Below, in pieces: positions 37,955 through 48,252 of a stretch of DNA of 64,000 nt. The stretch's first letter is position 1. Every line of letters begins with the position of its first letter. The notes under the pieces are model-generated. The model saw only the letters and a program-made list of their open reading frames with translations, made no database searches and was not told the origin of the DNA. Source of the stretch: a virus (Duplodnaviria > Caudoviricetes); the IMG/VR virus record IMGVR_UViG_3300017791_000355, positions 1 to 64,000 of that record; one strand, given 5' to 3'. Both the position numbers and the translations under genes were made by a program.

Positions 37955-39394
37955 GTGCTTCTCGACGTACATCACGATAGACTCCCCGCACTTGCGGCCC
38001 CGCTGGTCGCGCGCGTATTCCAGGGACGTGCCGCTCGCGTTCACAGTCGCGGGGACGGTCTTCGGTATCGCCTGCGAGACGGCTCCTATCGTGAGGAGTT
38101 GCGCGATCAGGCCGAGCTCGAGCGCGTGGTTCGCCAATTGGTGGGCAAGCCGGTCTGCTTGCTGCACCCGGACTCGTCCGAGCAGAATCACCGCGGAGTA
38201 ATCGCTGACGGGGCGACGGCCGACATCATTGGCCGAATCGTCGCGGCCCGACTGGTCGACGGCTACGCCGTCGTCGACATCGCCGTCACCGCGAGTCACG
38301 GGATCGACGCCGTTGAACGAGGCATCCGCGAGCTCTCGCTAACCTATCGCTGCGACCTCGACGACGCCGGTTATCAGCGAAACACCGAGGTCGACCACCT
38401 CGCGGTCCTGCCCCGCGGCCGATGCGGCGCTGGTTGCGCGGTTCGGGCGGACTGCGACGGGGCCGAGGACTGCGGTTGCGAGATCAACACCGACGGAAAC
38501 CTCAGCGCGCGCGAGCGGCGCTCCCTGGACGACTCCTTCGCCGTTCCAGAGAACGAGGGTCTACCGATCCACGATCAGGAGCATCCCGCTGGAGTCCAGG
38601 GATGTGCGTGCAAGGGTCTTGCCAAGTCCCTGGACGTCGGTCAATCTGCAATTCACATGCCAACGGCATCGGACACGGACAAGGACAAGGCGCCCATGGA
38701 CGAACTCCAGAGGAAGCTCGCCGAGGCTCAGGCCGAGGCCAACGCGCAGAAGGTTCGCGCTGACCAGGCCGAGGCGGCCCGTGACGCAGCTCGGCTCGAG
38801 GCTCTCGAGAATCGCTCCGAGGCGAAGACTGCCGAGACCGAGCGCACTCGTGCGGACCAGGCCGAACAGGGTCTGAAGGTCGCGAACGAGCAGATCAAGA
38901 CTCTCACCGCTCAGTTCGAGACCCAGAAGACCCGCGCCGACGAGGCCGAGCGTCTTCGCGCCGACGAGGCCGCCAGTGTCGACGCTCGCATCGATGCAGC
39001 TGTCGACGTGAAGGTCGCACTGATCGCCGAGGCAGCACCGATCATCGGCAAGAACGAGAAGGGCGAGGCCGTCGATCTCTCGAAGATGAGTGATCGCGCG
39101 ATCAAGTGCGCGGTCGTTCTGCGCGTCGACGGTGTCGACCTCGAGACCCTCGACCCGAAGCCCAGTGCCGACTTTGTGTCCGGCGCCTACGCAGGTGCTG
39201 TCAAGCGCCACGCTCGCGTCGCGTCCTCGCGCGCGGCAGTCGAGAAGGACGTCGCCGTCATGATCGACTCGTCCAAGGTCGAGTCGAAGGGTGACGAGGT
39301 CACGGGTTCGGAAGCCGAGAAGCGCGGCACCGACAAGATTCGCAACAGCCTGAGCTCGGCGTGGAAGAAGCCCGCGCAGAAGGACAAGGAGTAG
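37955..39394 (+). CDS. DUF2213-type head maturation protease/scaffold fusion
   Basis: GKPVCLLHP, GIRELSLTY, QRNTEVDHLAVLPRGRCG; coiled-coil C-terminus with RAD repeats. Confidence 0.85.
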   Translation: MLLDVHHDRLPALAAPLVARVFQGRAARVHSRGDGLRYRLRDGSYREELRDQAELERVVRQLVGKPVCLLHPDSSEQNHRGVIADGATADIIGRIVAARLVDGYAVVDIAVTASHGIDAVERGIRELSLTYRCDLDDAGYQRNTEVDHLAVLPRGRCGAGCAVRADCDGAEDCGCEINTDGNLSARERRSLDDSFAVPENEGLPIHDQEHPAGVQGCACKGLAKSLDVGQSAIHMPTASDTDKDKAPMDELQRKLAEAQAEANAQKVRADQAEAARDAARLEALENRSEAKTAETERTRADQAEQGLKVANEQIKTLTAQFETQKTRADEAERLRADEAASVDARIDAAVDVKVALIAEAAPIIGKNEKGEAVDLSKMSDRAIKCAVVLRVDGVDLETLDPKPSADFVSGAYAGAVKRHARVASSRAAVEKDVAVMIDSSKVESKGDEVTGSEAEKRGTDKIRNSLSSAWKKPAQKDKE

Positions 39395-39398
39395 ACCC

Positions 39399-39932
39399 AT
39401 GGGTCAGCAGACCACTTACAGTACGATGCCGGCCATCGGGTACTCCGGCACCCTGGACAAGAACGCCCCGTTCAAGTGTCTGACGATGGTGAACGCCGAG
39501 GCCACCTCGGCGATCCCGTTCGGCAAGGGCGTGAAGCGCAAGTCGGGCGCGACGACCGACTTCCAGGCGACTTTTCCAGCCGCTCAGGGCGACAAGATTC
39601 TCGGCATTGTCGAGCGTCTCACGACCTACGCGCGTACCTGGACGGACGCCGACGGCAACACGCTCGGTCAGCTCAACGCGACCGGTCTCGTTCCCGGCAC
39701 GATGATGAGTGTCGCGACCGAGGGTCGCATGCTCGTGACTGTCGCGACTGGCTGCACTGCGGGTCAGGGACTTCACATCTACGCCGTCGCGAACGCCGGC
39801 AAGGTTCCCGGTGACATCGCGAACGCGGCCGACAGCACGAACACGGTCGACTGCACCACGCAGGCTCGGTTCGAGTCGTCGTGCGCTGCCGGCGGACTCG
39901 CCTGGCTCGTCTTCGACTTCGCGAACATCTAG
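39399..39932 (+). CDS. capsid decoration/cement protein
   Basis: Between scaffold and MCP; AIPFGKGV, VATEGRMLV. Confidence 0.7.
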   Translation: MGQQTTYSTMPAIGYSGTLDKNAPFKCLTMVNAEATSAIPFGKGVKRKSGATTDFQATFPAAQGDKILGIVERLTTYARTWTDADGNTLGQLNATGLVPGTMMSVATEGRMLVTVATGCTAGQGLHIYAVANAGKVPGDIANAADSTNTVDCTTQARFESSCAAGGLAWLVFDFANI

Positions 39933-39957
39933 TCCGCTCACTTAGAGGAACTGACCG

Positions 39958-40647
39958 ATGCCCTATCCACCACGCAATCCCGAGCAGAATCAGGAGTTCT
40001 TCCCGATTCTGTACGATCACGGCTCGATCTCCGCGACCACCTCGGTCAAGCGGTGGAGGGTGCCGTCGGGTCGCTCGTATCGCATCGATCGGCTCCTCTA
40101 CATCAATCCGACCGGCCTCGTCGAGGACACGACCAACGCGTGTCAGCTCGAGATCAAGACCAGCGCGTCAGCTCTGGCCGACCTGACGTTCACCGTAGCG
40201 AACGCGACCGACCTCGCCACCTCTTCGGCGCACGGCCATGTCACTGGTGCGGGCCCGTTCCGTGTGTTCAACACGGGTGGCGGTCTCCCGACCGGTCTCC
40301 TCGCGTTCACGAACTACTGGCTGATCGTCGTCTCGTCCACGACGTTCAAGTTCGCCACGTCGCGCGCCAACGCGCTCGCGGGCACGGCCATCGACCTGAC
40401 GTCCGACGGCACCGGCACGCAGACTCTGATGCGAAACCTGATCACTCAGGTCTTCCACACCGACTCGGACCTGACGCCTGACATCGGGGCGACGCTCGCA
40501 GTCAACACGTTCCTCGAGTTCACCGCGGACGTCGACGTCATGAATCGCGTCGTCGCGGGCGGCGACACCATCACCCTCGTTCACACCAAGTTCGGCACCG
40601 GCACGCTGCCGGCCGGTTCGCTGATCATCGAAGGCCGTCTCCTCTAG
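39958..40647 (+). CDS. virion structural protein with inserted beta-rich HGxxTG domain
   Basis: Position in head module; domain shared with sheath and tail completion protein. Confidence 0.65.
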   Translation: MPYPPRNPEQNQEFFPILYDHGSISATTSVKRWRVPSGRSYRIDRLLYINPTGLVEDTTNACQLEIKTSASALADLTFTVANATDLATSSAHGHVTGAGPFRVFNTGGGLPTGLLAFTNYWLIVVSSTTFKFATSRANALAGTAIDLTSDGTGTQTLMRNLITQVFHTDSDLTPDIGATLAVNTFLEFTADVDVMNRVVAGGDTITLVHTKFGTGTLPAGSLIIEGRLL

Positions 40648-40659
40648 GAGTTCCTACAC

Positions 40660-41706
40660 ATGTCCGAGAACATCGCCACCCTCTTCCCCAAGGACCGACT
40701 CCTCGCGATGCTCGCGCACGCGAAGGAGCTCGGCCGGACCGACTACCGTTCCGACGGCTTCGACGACATCCTGAAGTCGTTCCCGTCCGGTGGCGAGTTT
40801 CGTCAGGACGGCGCCGAGGCGTACTACGTCGCGCGCCAGCTCGAGCACATCCGCCAGGGCGTGATCGACGCGGATTTCCCGCCGCTCAAGTCGTCGATGA
40901 TCGTCCCGTTCGACACGTCGCCGGATGACGGTGCCGAGAGCTACACGGTCACCTACGCGAACCGCGCAGGCCGCGCCCGTATCTCGAAGGACATGCGCGG
41001 AATCATCCCGTCGGTCGACATGGACGTCAGCCAGAAGACGTTCTCGATCTACTCGATCCTGCTCGCGTACGGCTACACGCTGCAGGAGGTTCGCGCCGCG
41101 ATGCGCGAGCGCAAGCCGCTGCAGGCGGACCGCGCGCTGCGCTGCCGTCAGCAGATCATGATGGAGATCGACGACATCGCTCTCCTCGGCTACTCGGACG
41201 CAGGCCTCAAGGGCATGTTCACGCTGAGCGGTACCGACACGTTCGCTACCCCGGTCGGCGCGGGCGCCTCGAAGTCGTGGGCTGCCAAGACTCCGACCGA
41301 GATCCTCTCCGACTGGAACGGTTCGGTGAGCCAGGTCGTCGTGAACACCCTCGAGATCGAGGTGCCGGACACCACCGTGCTCCCGACCTCCACGTTCGAG
41401 GACGTCACCACTCGTCGCGTCGGCGACGGTACCAGCGACGTGATCGCGACGTACTTCAAGAGGAACAACCCGCACATCACGATGGTCGAGTCGTCGCACA
41501 AGCTCGAGTCGAACTCGGGTTGGACCGGCAAGCGGATGGTCAACTTCAAGAAGGACCCGCTGAAGGTCGCCATGATCCTCCCGGTACCGTTCGAGCAGCT
41601 CTCGCCGAAGGTCGAGCCGACCGAGACCACGGTCGTGTGTCACGCACGCACCGCCGGCGTCGTCGCCCACCGTCCGAAGAGCGTGGTCTACACCGACGAG
41701 ATCTGA
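40660..41706 (+). CDS. major capsid protein (DUF2184/encapsulin-like HK97 fold)
   Basis: YVARQLEHI, YGYTLQEVRAA, PDTTVLP, RTAGVVAHRP. Confidence 0.9.
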   Translation: MSENIATLFPKDRLLAMLAHAKELGRTDYRSDGFDDILKSFPSGGEFRQDGAEAYYVARQLEHIRQGVIDADFPPLKSSMIVPFDTSPDDGAESYTVTYANRAGRARISKDMRGIIPSVDMDVSQKTFSIYSILLAYGYTLQEVRAAMRERKPLQADRALRCRQQIMMEIDDIALLGYSDAGLKGMFTLSGTDTFATPVGAGASKSWAAKTPTEILSDWNGSVSQVVVNTLEIEVPDTTVLPTSTFEDVTTRRVGDGTSDVIATYFKRNNPHITMVESSHKLESNSGWTGKRMVNFKKDPLKVAMILPVPFEQLSPKVEPTETTVVCHARTAGVVAHRPKSVVYTDEI

Positions 41707-41736
41707 GTCACTGGCGCGGGACGCGCGCCCCATCGA

Positions 41737-41773
41737 CGCCCCGCGCTCCCCGAGCGTCGGGGCTTTTTCGTTT
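41737..41773 (+). terminator. intrinsic terminator after MCP
   Basis: GCCCCG-CGCTC-CCC-GAGCG-T-CGGGGC followed by TTTTT. Confidence 0.75.
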
Positions 41774-41786
41774 CTGAGGAGCAACA

Positions 41787-42392
41787 ATGCGCCGTTACCC
41801 AGTATCAGGATCTGGTCAGTTTGCAGCTGTCTCGACGTCCGCAGTCGCGGCTGCGAGCGCCCTCGTGTCTGGCGCGGACTACGTATTCGCGTGCTCGACC
41901 AACTGCTACATGCGACAGGGAACGGCGCTGAAGATCACGTGCGTCGCGAAGGCCAACTTCGCGGACACCGACTTCATCACGATCACCGTCAACACCGTTC
42001 CCGTCACGTACGAGTTCGACACGGCCGGTAACGGCGTCACTGCCGGGCGCGTTCAGGTCAACATTTCCGGAGCGACGACCGCCGCGGACTGCGCAGCGAT
42101 TCTTCGGACCGCGATCCTGGCAAATCAGGCGTCGCTGCGCGTTGTCGACCCTACCGACGGCACACTACAGGTTGACCTCGTCGACTCTCGCGGTCTCACC
42201 ATCGACGAGACCGTCGCGAACGCTGGCTTCACGATCACCGCGGGCATCATGCAGGCCTCCGCGGTCGCCGGATCTACCTACGTACCGGCTGGCGTGATCT
42301 TTGACATCGACGGCGTCCGAGGAGCGCAGGTCGGCGCAATCCGCGACAGCGCGGACGGCCGCTCCACGGTCACTCGCTACACGACCAAGTAG
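41787..42392 (+). CDS. virion structural protein
   Basis: Thr/Ala-rich beta protein in head module. Confidence 0.6.
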   Translation: MRRYPVSGSGQFAAVSTSAVAAASALVSGADYVFACSTNCYMRQGTALKITCVAKANFADTDFITITVNTVPVTYEFDTAGNGVTAGRVQVNISGATTAADCAAILRTAILANQASLRVVDPTDGTLQVDLVDSRGLTIDETVANAGFTITAGIMQASAVAGSTYVPAGVIFDIDGVRGAQVGAIRDSADGRSTVTRYTTK

Positions 42393-42397
42393 AAGTC

Positions 42398-42766
42398 ATG
42401 ACTCCGATTGTCAAGCAGGACGTGCTCGACTTCGCGGCCGAACTCTCGACGGTTCCGGACGCCGCGTGGACCAAGATCCTCGCGCACGTCAATCAGATCA
42501 ACTTGACCTCCGACGACACTGACGAGGATCGCGTACTCGCGCGCATCTACCTCGCGGCTCACATCGGCAAGAAGATCAAGCCAGGAAGCAACACGAGCGC
42601 CGCCGGGCCGGTGACATCGGAGTCTGTAGGTGGCGTTCGACGGTCGTACGCCAGCGTGATCGCGACCTCGACCGCAAACAGTTCACTACAGACCACGCCG
42701 TACGGGCAGCTCTACCTGGAGCTCCTGACCGGAACGTTCTGCAACGGACCTCAGTTGGGTGGGTAA
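42398..42766 (+). CDS. head-tail adaptor (DUF4054-like)
   Basis: YLAAH, VTSESVGGVRRSY, TTPYGQLYLEL. Confidence 0.85.
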   Translation: MTPIVKQDVLDFAAELSTVPDAAWTKILAHVNQINLTSDDTDEDRVLARIYLAAHIGKKIKPGSNTSAAGPVTSESVGGVRRSYASVIATSTANSSLQTTPYGQLYLELLTGTFCNGPQLGG

Positions 42767-42769
42767 CGA

Positions 42770-43333
42770 GTGCCGATTCAGACTAGACGAGGAGTCAAGT
42801 TCGAGTATCGCGACTTCGGTCTGAAGAAGATCCTCGACGACGTCGCACGTGCGAACCTCACCCAGCTTCGCGTCGGAGTTGTCGGCGCGAAGGCTTCCCA
42901 GCCAACTGCAGACGGACGACTGACCAACGCAGAAAACGCGGTCATTCAGCAGTACGGGCTGGCAGGTCCACCTGGTTCACCGCCTCGCGACTTCTTGAAC
43001 CAACCGTTCACGAGTGCACGCTACCAGGTCGCGAGCATCATGCGACGGGTTGTCGGGCGAATCATCCGAGGTGAGACCTCCGAACAGGCTCTCGACTGGG
43101 CAGGCTACGAACTCGAGAAGATCTCGCGAGACGCCATCATGGGTCCTCCCGGTATCTCGCCGCACAACGCACCGTTCACGATCCAGAAGAAGGGTTTCGA
43201 TCACCCGCTCATCGATCATCTCAACCTCTACGACGCCATCTCTCACAGAGTGGTTCGCGAGGGCGGGGACGTGCTCGAGGCCGGATCGTCGGTCGGCGAC
43301 TTCGAGTCGTTCGAGATCGGGGGCGGGGAGTAA
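42770..43333 (+). CDS. neck/virion morphogenesis protein
   Basis: PPRDFL, HNAPFTIQKKGFDHPLID. Confidence 0.8.
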   Translation: MPIQTRRGVKFEYRDFGLKKILDDVARANLTQLRVGVVGAKASQPTADGRLTNAENAVIQQYGLAGPPGSPPRDFLNQPFTSARYQVASIMRRVVGRIIRGETSEQALDWAGYELEKISRDAIMGPPGISPHNAPFTIQKKGFDHPLIDHLNLYDAISHRVVREGGDVLEAGSSVGDFESFEIGGGE

Positions 43334-43716
43334 TGTCGGTCAACGACAGCATCTCTAGTCTCGGCAACGCGACGTTGACCGTGACTCGGACCGTTGAAGG
43401 TGTGTACGTCAACGGGATCTACGTTCCAGGTTCGACGAGCACGTTCCCGATCGACGTCGTCATCCAGCCTGCGTTCAACCTGAATCGAATCATCGGTGGC
43501 GCCGACCTCGAAGGTGCGGTCGACAACCAGCGCGTTCAAGAGATCTACCAGATCCACACGACGACGTTGTTGAAGACTCGGACTCCGACAACGGACCCGG
43601 ACGTCGTCTCCTACAAGGGGGCTAACTGGACAGTCGCTCGCGTCGAGGAGTGGGACCTTGACGGTGAGGTGCACTACCACGTAGTCATTACCAAGCAGAC
43701 TAAAGGAGCTAGCTAG
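43333..43716 (+). CDS. head closure protein
   Basis: Gene order; size. Confidence 0.65.
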   Translation: MSVNDSISSLGNATLTVTRTVEGVYVNGIYVPGSTSTFPIDVVIQPAFNLNRIIGGADLEGAVDNQRVQEIYQIHTTTLLKTRTPTTDPDVVSYKGANWTVARVEEWDLDGEVHYHVVITKQTKGAS

Positions 43717-46064
43717 TGCCGGCGGGCGGAATCGACTGGACCACCGTTCTCGCGGCCATGCACTCGTGGGTCGTGAGCGGGAGCGGTCTATCTTCGCAGC
43801 AGGTTGTTTGGGGACAGCAGGACGCCCCGCGCCCCGAGTTCCCGGCCCTGACCCTTCGAATCTCTAACATCAGCGACATCGGCTCGACGTGGATTGACTT
43901 CGTCGACAAGCCGTTTGTGTTTGCGGACAAGTTGGTGTCGTCGATCAACCTGGGCACCGGCGCGCTCACTTCGACTGCGCACGGCCTACTTACCGGCGAC
44001 GGACCCGTTCGACTCTCGTCGACAGGTACTTACCCGAGCACTGATCCAGTCGTCGACGCAAGTACTGACCTCTGGATCATCAAGGTGGACGCGAATTCTT
44101 TCCAGCTCGCGTACACGTTTCAGAATGCGATGGCGTTGACGCCGGTACCTGTCGAGTTCACGACCGGCGGCTCGGGCATCATCACCGTCAGTGACACTCC
44201 AGCCACGGTACGGGCCGGTCAGGAGCTTCAGGCAGTAGCTCGCGGACTCATTCGAGCGACCCTGGAGATTCGGTGTCATGCCGACTTGACGATCGGCCCG
44301 AACATGGCGGTCGCGATCCTTCAAAGGATCCGAACTCGTTATCAGTGGCCGAGTCAACAAGCGCTCCTCGAGGCCGCGAACGTCACGCTTCAAGACATTG
44401 ATCGCGTCCGCGCGATCATGGGTACGCGCGACGACTTCCTGTTCGAACCTCGAGCGTATCTCGACGTGCACATGTGCATCCCAGTCGAGGAAGGCGAGAA
44501 CGCCACGATTATCGAGCGCGTAATCGCGACAAACCAGATTCCGACACCTGAGCACGTGTTCGAGATTCCCACGCCCGTGGTCCCACCGGCTGCTGTCGCA
44601 CCACCTCCGGCCGGCGAGAAGTGGTTGCTGGTGATGATCGGACAGTCCAACGACATCGGCTTCATGAGTGCGTCAGCTCAGACCTTCTACGGTACCGATC
44701 TGACGTTGTCGGACCCGCGTGGGCAGATCATCGATCGCAACGCCTCCGCATTCGCGAATCCTCCAAACTTCATCGACGAGGGACCTCGCGACTTGTCCCC
44801 ACGGTCGATCGCTCTCGGAGGTTCCTACGTCTCCGGGACCGGAGGCATCGAATTGACCGAGGCCCGCGAGATCATGAATCGCACGCCTCACACGGTCTAC
44901 GTGGGGAAGATGGGCATCGACGGCTCGTCGCTGATTACGGGCTGGGACAACCCGGCGTACCCGATCGGCGGAACTTCGCTCGCTAACTTGTTGCTCGCTC
45001 GCATCGCTACGTGGTTGACGCTCTTCGGAGTCGACGCCAACCACATCATCATCCAGTTCATCCAAGGTGAAGCTGACACCGGACAGGCCTACGCGACCAT
45101 TCTGGCAGCGCTGCAGTCCTTCCTCGTCACGAAGTTGCGCGGAACATATCCGAACGCGTATCTCGCGCTGGGTCGACTCAGCAACAAGAACGACAACATC
45201 GGCAACTACCGAACCGCGCAGGAGTCGTTCTACTCGATCACTCCAAATACTACGATCTTCTACAACGACGACCTCGGTCTGCGCGACGCCGCCCACCTCA
45301 CCGACAATGGTTATGCCCAGCACGGTGTGTACGCCGCAGACGCCGTCATCCCGATGATGATGGCAACCACTCCGACGTCGCCCCGGTACATCGCTACTGG
45401 ACCGTTTGTGATCGCGGGCTCGGGTGTAGGCGCTACCCCCGTGCTACCGAAGCACTTGGCGGGCGACATCATCATCGTTTGGGCGACGGCGCTCGGTAAC
45501 AACGCGTACACGCTCACCACCGCTAACGGATTTGTCGAGGGCACAGCGTCCCCGCAACACGACGGAACGAATTCTTTGGCGGCGCGCGCTCAGTACTGGT
45601 GGGTTCGTGCTGACCAACCGACGATGGATGCGAACGGTGGGCAGATGCCGGCACCTGTCATCGGTGACGTCGCAGGTGACGACTTCAAGATGTTCGCGGC
45701 CAGTGTTTATCGAGGCTGCGTCTCGAGTGGCAACCCGATCAACACCGCGGTCGGGTCGACGGCACCATCAGGGACCGCAGTCGTCTTCCCCGCGATCACG
45801 ACCACGGCGCCGAACTGCTTGGTCATCAACTACATCGCGTATCGAGTGGATGACCCGGCAAACGCGTCTCAGGTTTCTGGCTGGTCGAACCCGGACATCG
45901 CACCGCTAACCGAGCTTATCGACAAGGACACCAACAGCGGTCAGGGCTTCGGCATGGGGAAGGCCGTCGGGTTCAAGGCCGCGAGCGGATCCGTCCAGGC
46001 AACGACTGCGACTCTAGGCACCGCGAGCACGATGGCGCTGCTCACGGTTGCCCTCAAGGCCTGA
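43716..46064 (+). CDS. tail completion/neck protein fused to SGNH (sialate O-acetylesterase-like) and a C-terminal beta domain
   Basis: VVWGQQDAPRP N-terminus; MIGQSN, FIQGEAD, DAAH motifs. Confidence 0.75.
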   Translation: MPAGGIDWTTVLAAMHSWVVSGSGLSSQQVVWGQQDAPRPEFPALTLRISNISDIGSTWIDFVDKPFVFADKLVSSINLGTGALTSTAHGLLTGDGPVRLSSTGTYPSTDPVVDASTDLWIIKVDANSFQLAYTFQNAMALTPVPVEFTTGGSGIITVSDTPATVRAGQELQAVARGLIRATLEIRCHADLTIGPNMAVAILQRIRTRYQWPSQQALLEAANVTLQDIDRVRAIMGTRDDFLFEPRAYLDVHMCIPVEEGENATIIERVIATNQIPTPEHVFEIPTPVVPPAAVAPPPAGEKWLLVMIGQSNDIGFMSASAQTFYGTDLTLSDPRGQIIDRNASAFANPPNFIDEGPRDLSPRSIALGGSYVSGTGGIELTEAREIMNRTPHTVYVGKMGIDGSSLITGWDNPAYPIGGTSLANLLLARIATWLTLFGVDANHIIIQFIQGEADTGQAYATILAALQSFLVTKLRGTYPNAYLALGRLSNKNDNIGNYRTAQESFYSITPNTTIFYNDDLGLRDAAHLTDNGYAQHGVYAADAVIPMMMATTPTSPRYIATGPFVIAGSGVGATPVLPKHLAGDIIIVWATALGNNAYTLTTANGFVEGTASPQHDGTNSLAARAQYWWVRADQPTMDANGGQMPAPVIGDVAGDDFKMFAASVYRGCVSSGNPINTAVGSTAPSGTAVVFPAITTTAPNCLVINYIAYRVDDPANASQVSGWSNPDIAPLTELIDKDTNSGQGFGMGKAVGFKAASGSVQATTATLGTASTMALLTVALKA

Positions 46065-46173
46065 CGAGCAGCGATCAATCAGGCACTTGCGACCCAGACG
46101 CTGTCCAGGGGACGTTATGCAAGGTTCGGGCCAAGTCTGCTAGGCTGTCCAGGATTCCTTCCTGGAGGCCGCC

Positions 46174-47805
46174 TTGGGTTCGCTCGCCGACCACGTAACC
46201 ATCACAATCACCGCGGACACGCTCGGCGTACCACGGGCCGGGTTCGGGGTGCCGATGGTTTTGTCGGCGACCGCGACATTCCCCGAGCGCATCCGCTTCT
46301 ACGACGACCTCGCTGGCGTCGCCGCGGACTTCCCGGTGACGACCTCGGCCGAGTATCTCGCAGCCTCCGCGATCTTCAGCCAGAACCCTCACCCGGAGCA
46401 GATGGCGATCGGCCGCGCGATCGGTAAGCCGACGCAGAAGTACCGCATCGACGTCTCGTCGGTGACCGTCGGCGCGACCTACGGGATCAACGTCAAGGGC
46501 AAGGGTGTGACGGCGACCGAGTGTCGCTACACGACGCTTGCCGACATCACGTTCACGGCCGCGAACGCGACCGAGCTCTTCACGTCGGCGAGCCACGGGA
46601 TGGTGACGGGCGACGGCCCGTTCCGCGTCAGCAACTCCGGTGGCGCGCTTCCGACCGGACTCGCGGTCGACACCGACTACTGGGTGATCGCGGACGCCAC
46701 CTTGCCTGGTGGTGACGCGGTCAACACGTTCCAACTCGCGACATCGCGCGCGAACGCGCTCTCGAGCACCGAACTCACGATCACCACTGACGGTACCGGT
46801 ACGCAGACTCTGCGTCGCAACCAAAACGACGTCATCTGTGCCCAGCTTCTCCAGGACCTGAACGCGGTCGTTGGCAAGAACTACACCGCAGTTCAGCAGG
46901 TCGGTGCGGGCGAGACCGACTTCCTCGAGGTCACCGGGACCAATCCAGGTGACTGGTTCTCGCTCGAGGTCACCGACGTATCGCTGCTCAAGAACACGCA
47001 GACACACGTCGAGCCCGGAACGACGCTGGCGACTGATCTCGGAAACATCTCGAACGAGAACAACAGCTGGTACGCGCTCATCACGTTCTACAACAGTGAA
47101 CCCTGCGTCAAGGCCGCGGCTGCGTACATCGAGACCGTCAAGAAGCTGTACCTCCCGCTGATCTGCGACTCGGAAACGGTCACTCTGGCGTCGGCTGGGA
47201 CGGGTAACAGTGACTGCGTCGACGACCTGAAGTTCCTCGGCTACAAGCGCACGGCAGTCGTGTACCACCCGTCGCCGGCGTCGATGCTCGCGTCCGCGTG
47301 GTTGGGCACGCGTCTGCCCTACACTCCGGGCTCCGAGACTTGGAAGTTCGCGTCTCCAGCCGGCGTGTCCGCGTACACGCTGACGTCGACACACAAGACG
47401 AACCTTCGGGCGAAGAACGCCAACACGATCGAGTCCCTCGGCGGAACGAACCGCATGTGGGAGGGCAAGACTGCAAGTGGTCAGTTCATCGACGTGACTC
47501 GCGGCCTCGACTGGCTCGAGGACGACATGCAGGTCGCGGTCTACAACGCGCTCGCGGGTGCGCTGAAGGTCCCCTACACGGACCAGGGCATCGCGCTCAT
47601 CGAGAACGCGGTCCGCGGATCGCTCGAGCGTGCTGTCCAGAACGGACTTCTGGCTAACGACCCTGCACCCGTCGTGGTCGTGCCAAAGGCGAGCGCCGTG
47701 GCGACCACCGATAAGTCGGCGCGCACGCTGCCCGACGTGAAGTTCAGCGGAACGCTGGCCGGAGCCGTCCACAAGGTCATCGTGACCGGCGTGGTGAGCG
47801 TCTAG
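46174..47805 (+). CDS. tail sheath protein (DUF3383-like)
   Basis: PGSETWKF, GQFIDVTRGLDWL, KVPYTDQGIA, LAGAVHKV. Confidence 0.9.
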   Translation: MGSLADHVTITITADTLGVPRAGFGVPMVLSATATFPERIRFYDDLAGVAADFPVTTSAEYLAASAIFSQNPHPEQMAIGRAIGKPTQKYRIDVSSVTVGATYGINVKGKGVTATECRYTTLADITFTAANATELFTSASHGMVTGDGPFRVSNSGGALPTGLAVDTDYWVIADATLPGGDAVNTFQLATSRANALSSTELTITTDGTGTQTLRRNQNDVICAQLLQDLNAVVGKNYTAVQQVGAGETDFLEVTGTNPGDWFSLEVTDVSLLKNTQTHVEPGTTLATDLGNISNENNSWYALITFYNSEPCVKAAAAYIETVKKLYLPLICDSETVTLASAGTGNSDCVDDLKFLGYKRTAVVYHPSPASMLASAWLGTRLPYTPGSETWKFASPAGVSAYTLTSTHKTNLRAKNANTIESLGGTNRMWEGKTASGQFIDVTRGLDWLEDDMQVAVYNALAGALKVPYTDQGIALIENAVRGSLERAVQNGLLANDPAPVVVVPKASAVATTDKSARTLPDVKFSGTLAGAVHKVIVTGVVSV

Positions 47806-47820
47806 TCCAGGGAGTCATCG

Positions 47821-48252
47821 ATGGCATCGTTCAAGACGTACAACCCGGCACTCGTCACCGTCTCCTTCGACGGGATCAACGTCACTGGCTTCATGGACGG
47901 AACGTTCGTGGAGGCTGAGCGCGACGAGGACACCTTCACCAAGCACGTCGGCGCGACCGGCGACGTTACGCGGACGCGAAACCTGAACACGTCCGGCAAG
48001 GTCACGATCACGTTGGTCGCCGCGTCGCCGACGAACGACCTGCTCGCAATCAAGTTCGCTACCGATGAGATCCTCGGGTTCGGCTACGGATCGCTTCAGG
48101 TCAAGGACCTGAGCGGAACCATGCTCTGTCGTGCCACTCAGGCGTGGATCACGAAGCCGCCCAAGATCGAGCGTGCGAAGGAGTCTGGGTCGTGTGTGTG
48201 GGTCTTCGAGTGCGCGGATCTGAAGGTCTTCGCTGGCGGGAACGTGATCTGA
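47821..48252 (+). CDS. tail tube protein (DUF3277-like)
   Basis: TYNP, TGFMDGTFV, SGKVTITL...SPTNDLL. Confidence 0.88.
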   Translation: MASFKTYNPALVTVSFDGINVTGFMDGTFVEAERDEDTFTKHVGATGDVTRTRNLNTSGKVTITLVAASPTNDLLAIKFATDEILGFGYGSLQVKDLSGTMLCRATQAWITKPPKIERAKESGSCVWVFECADLKVFAGGNVI

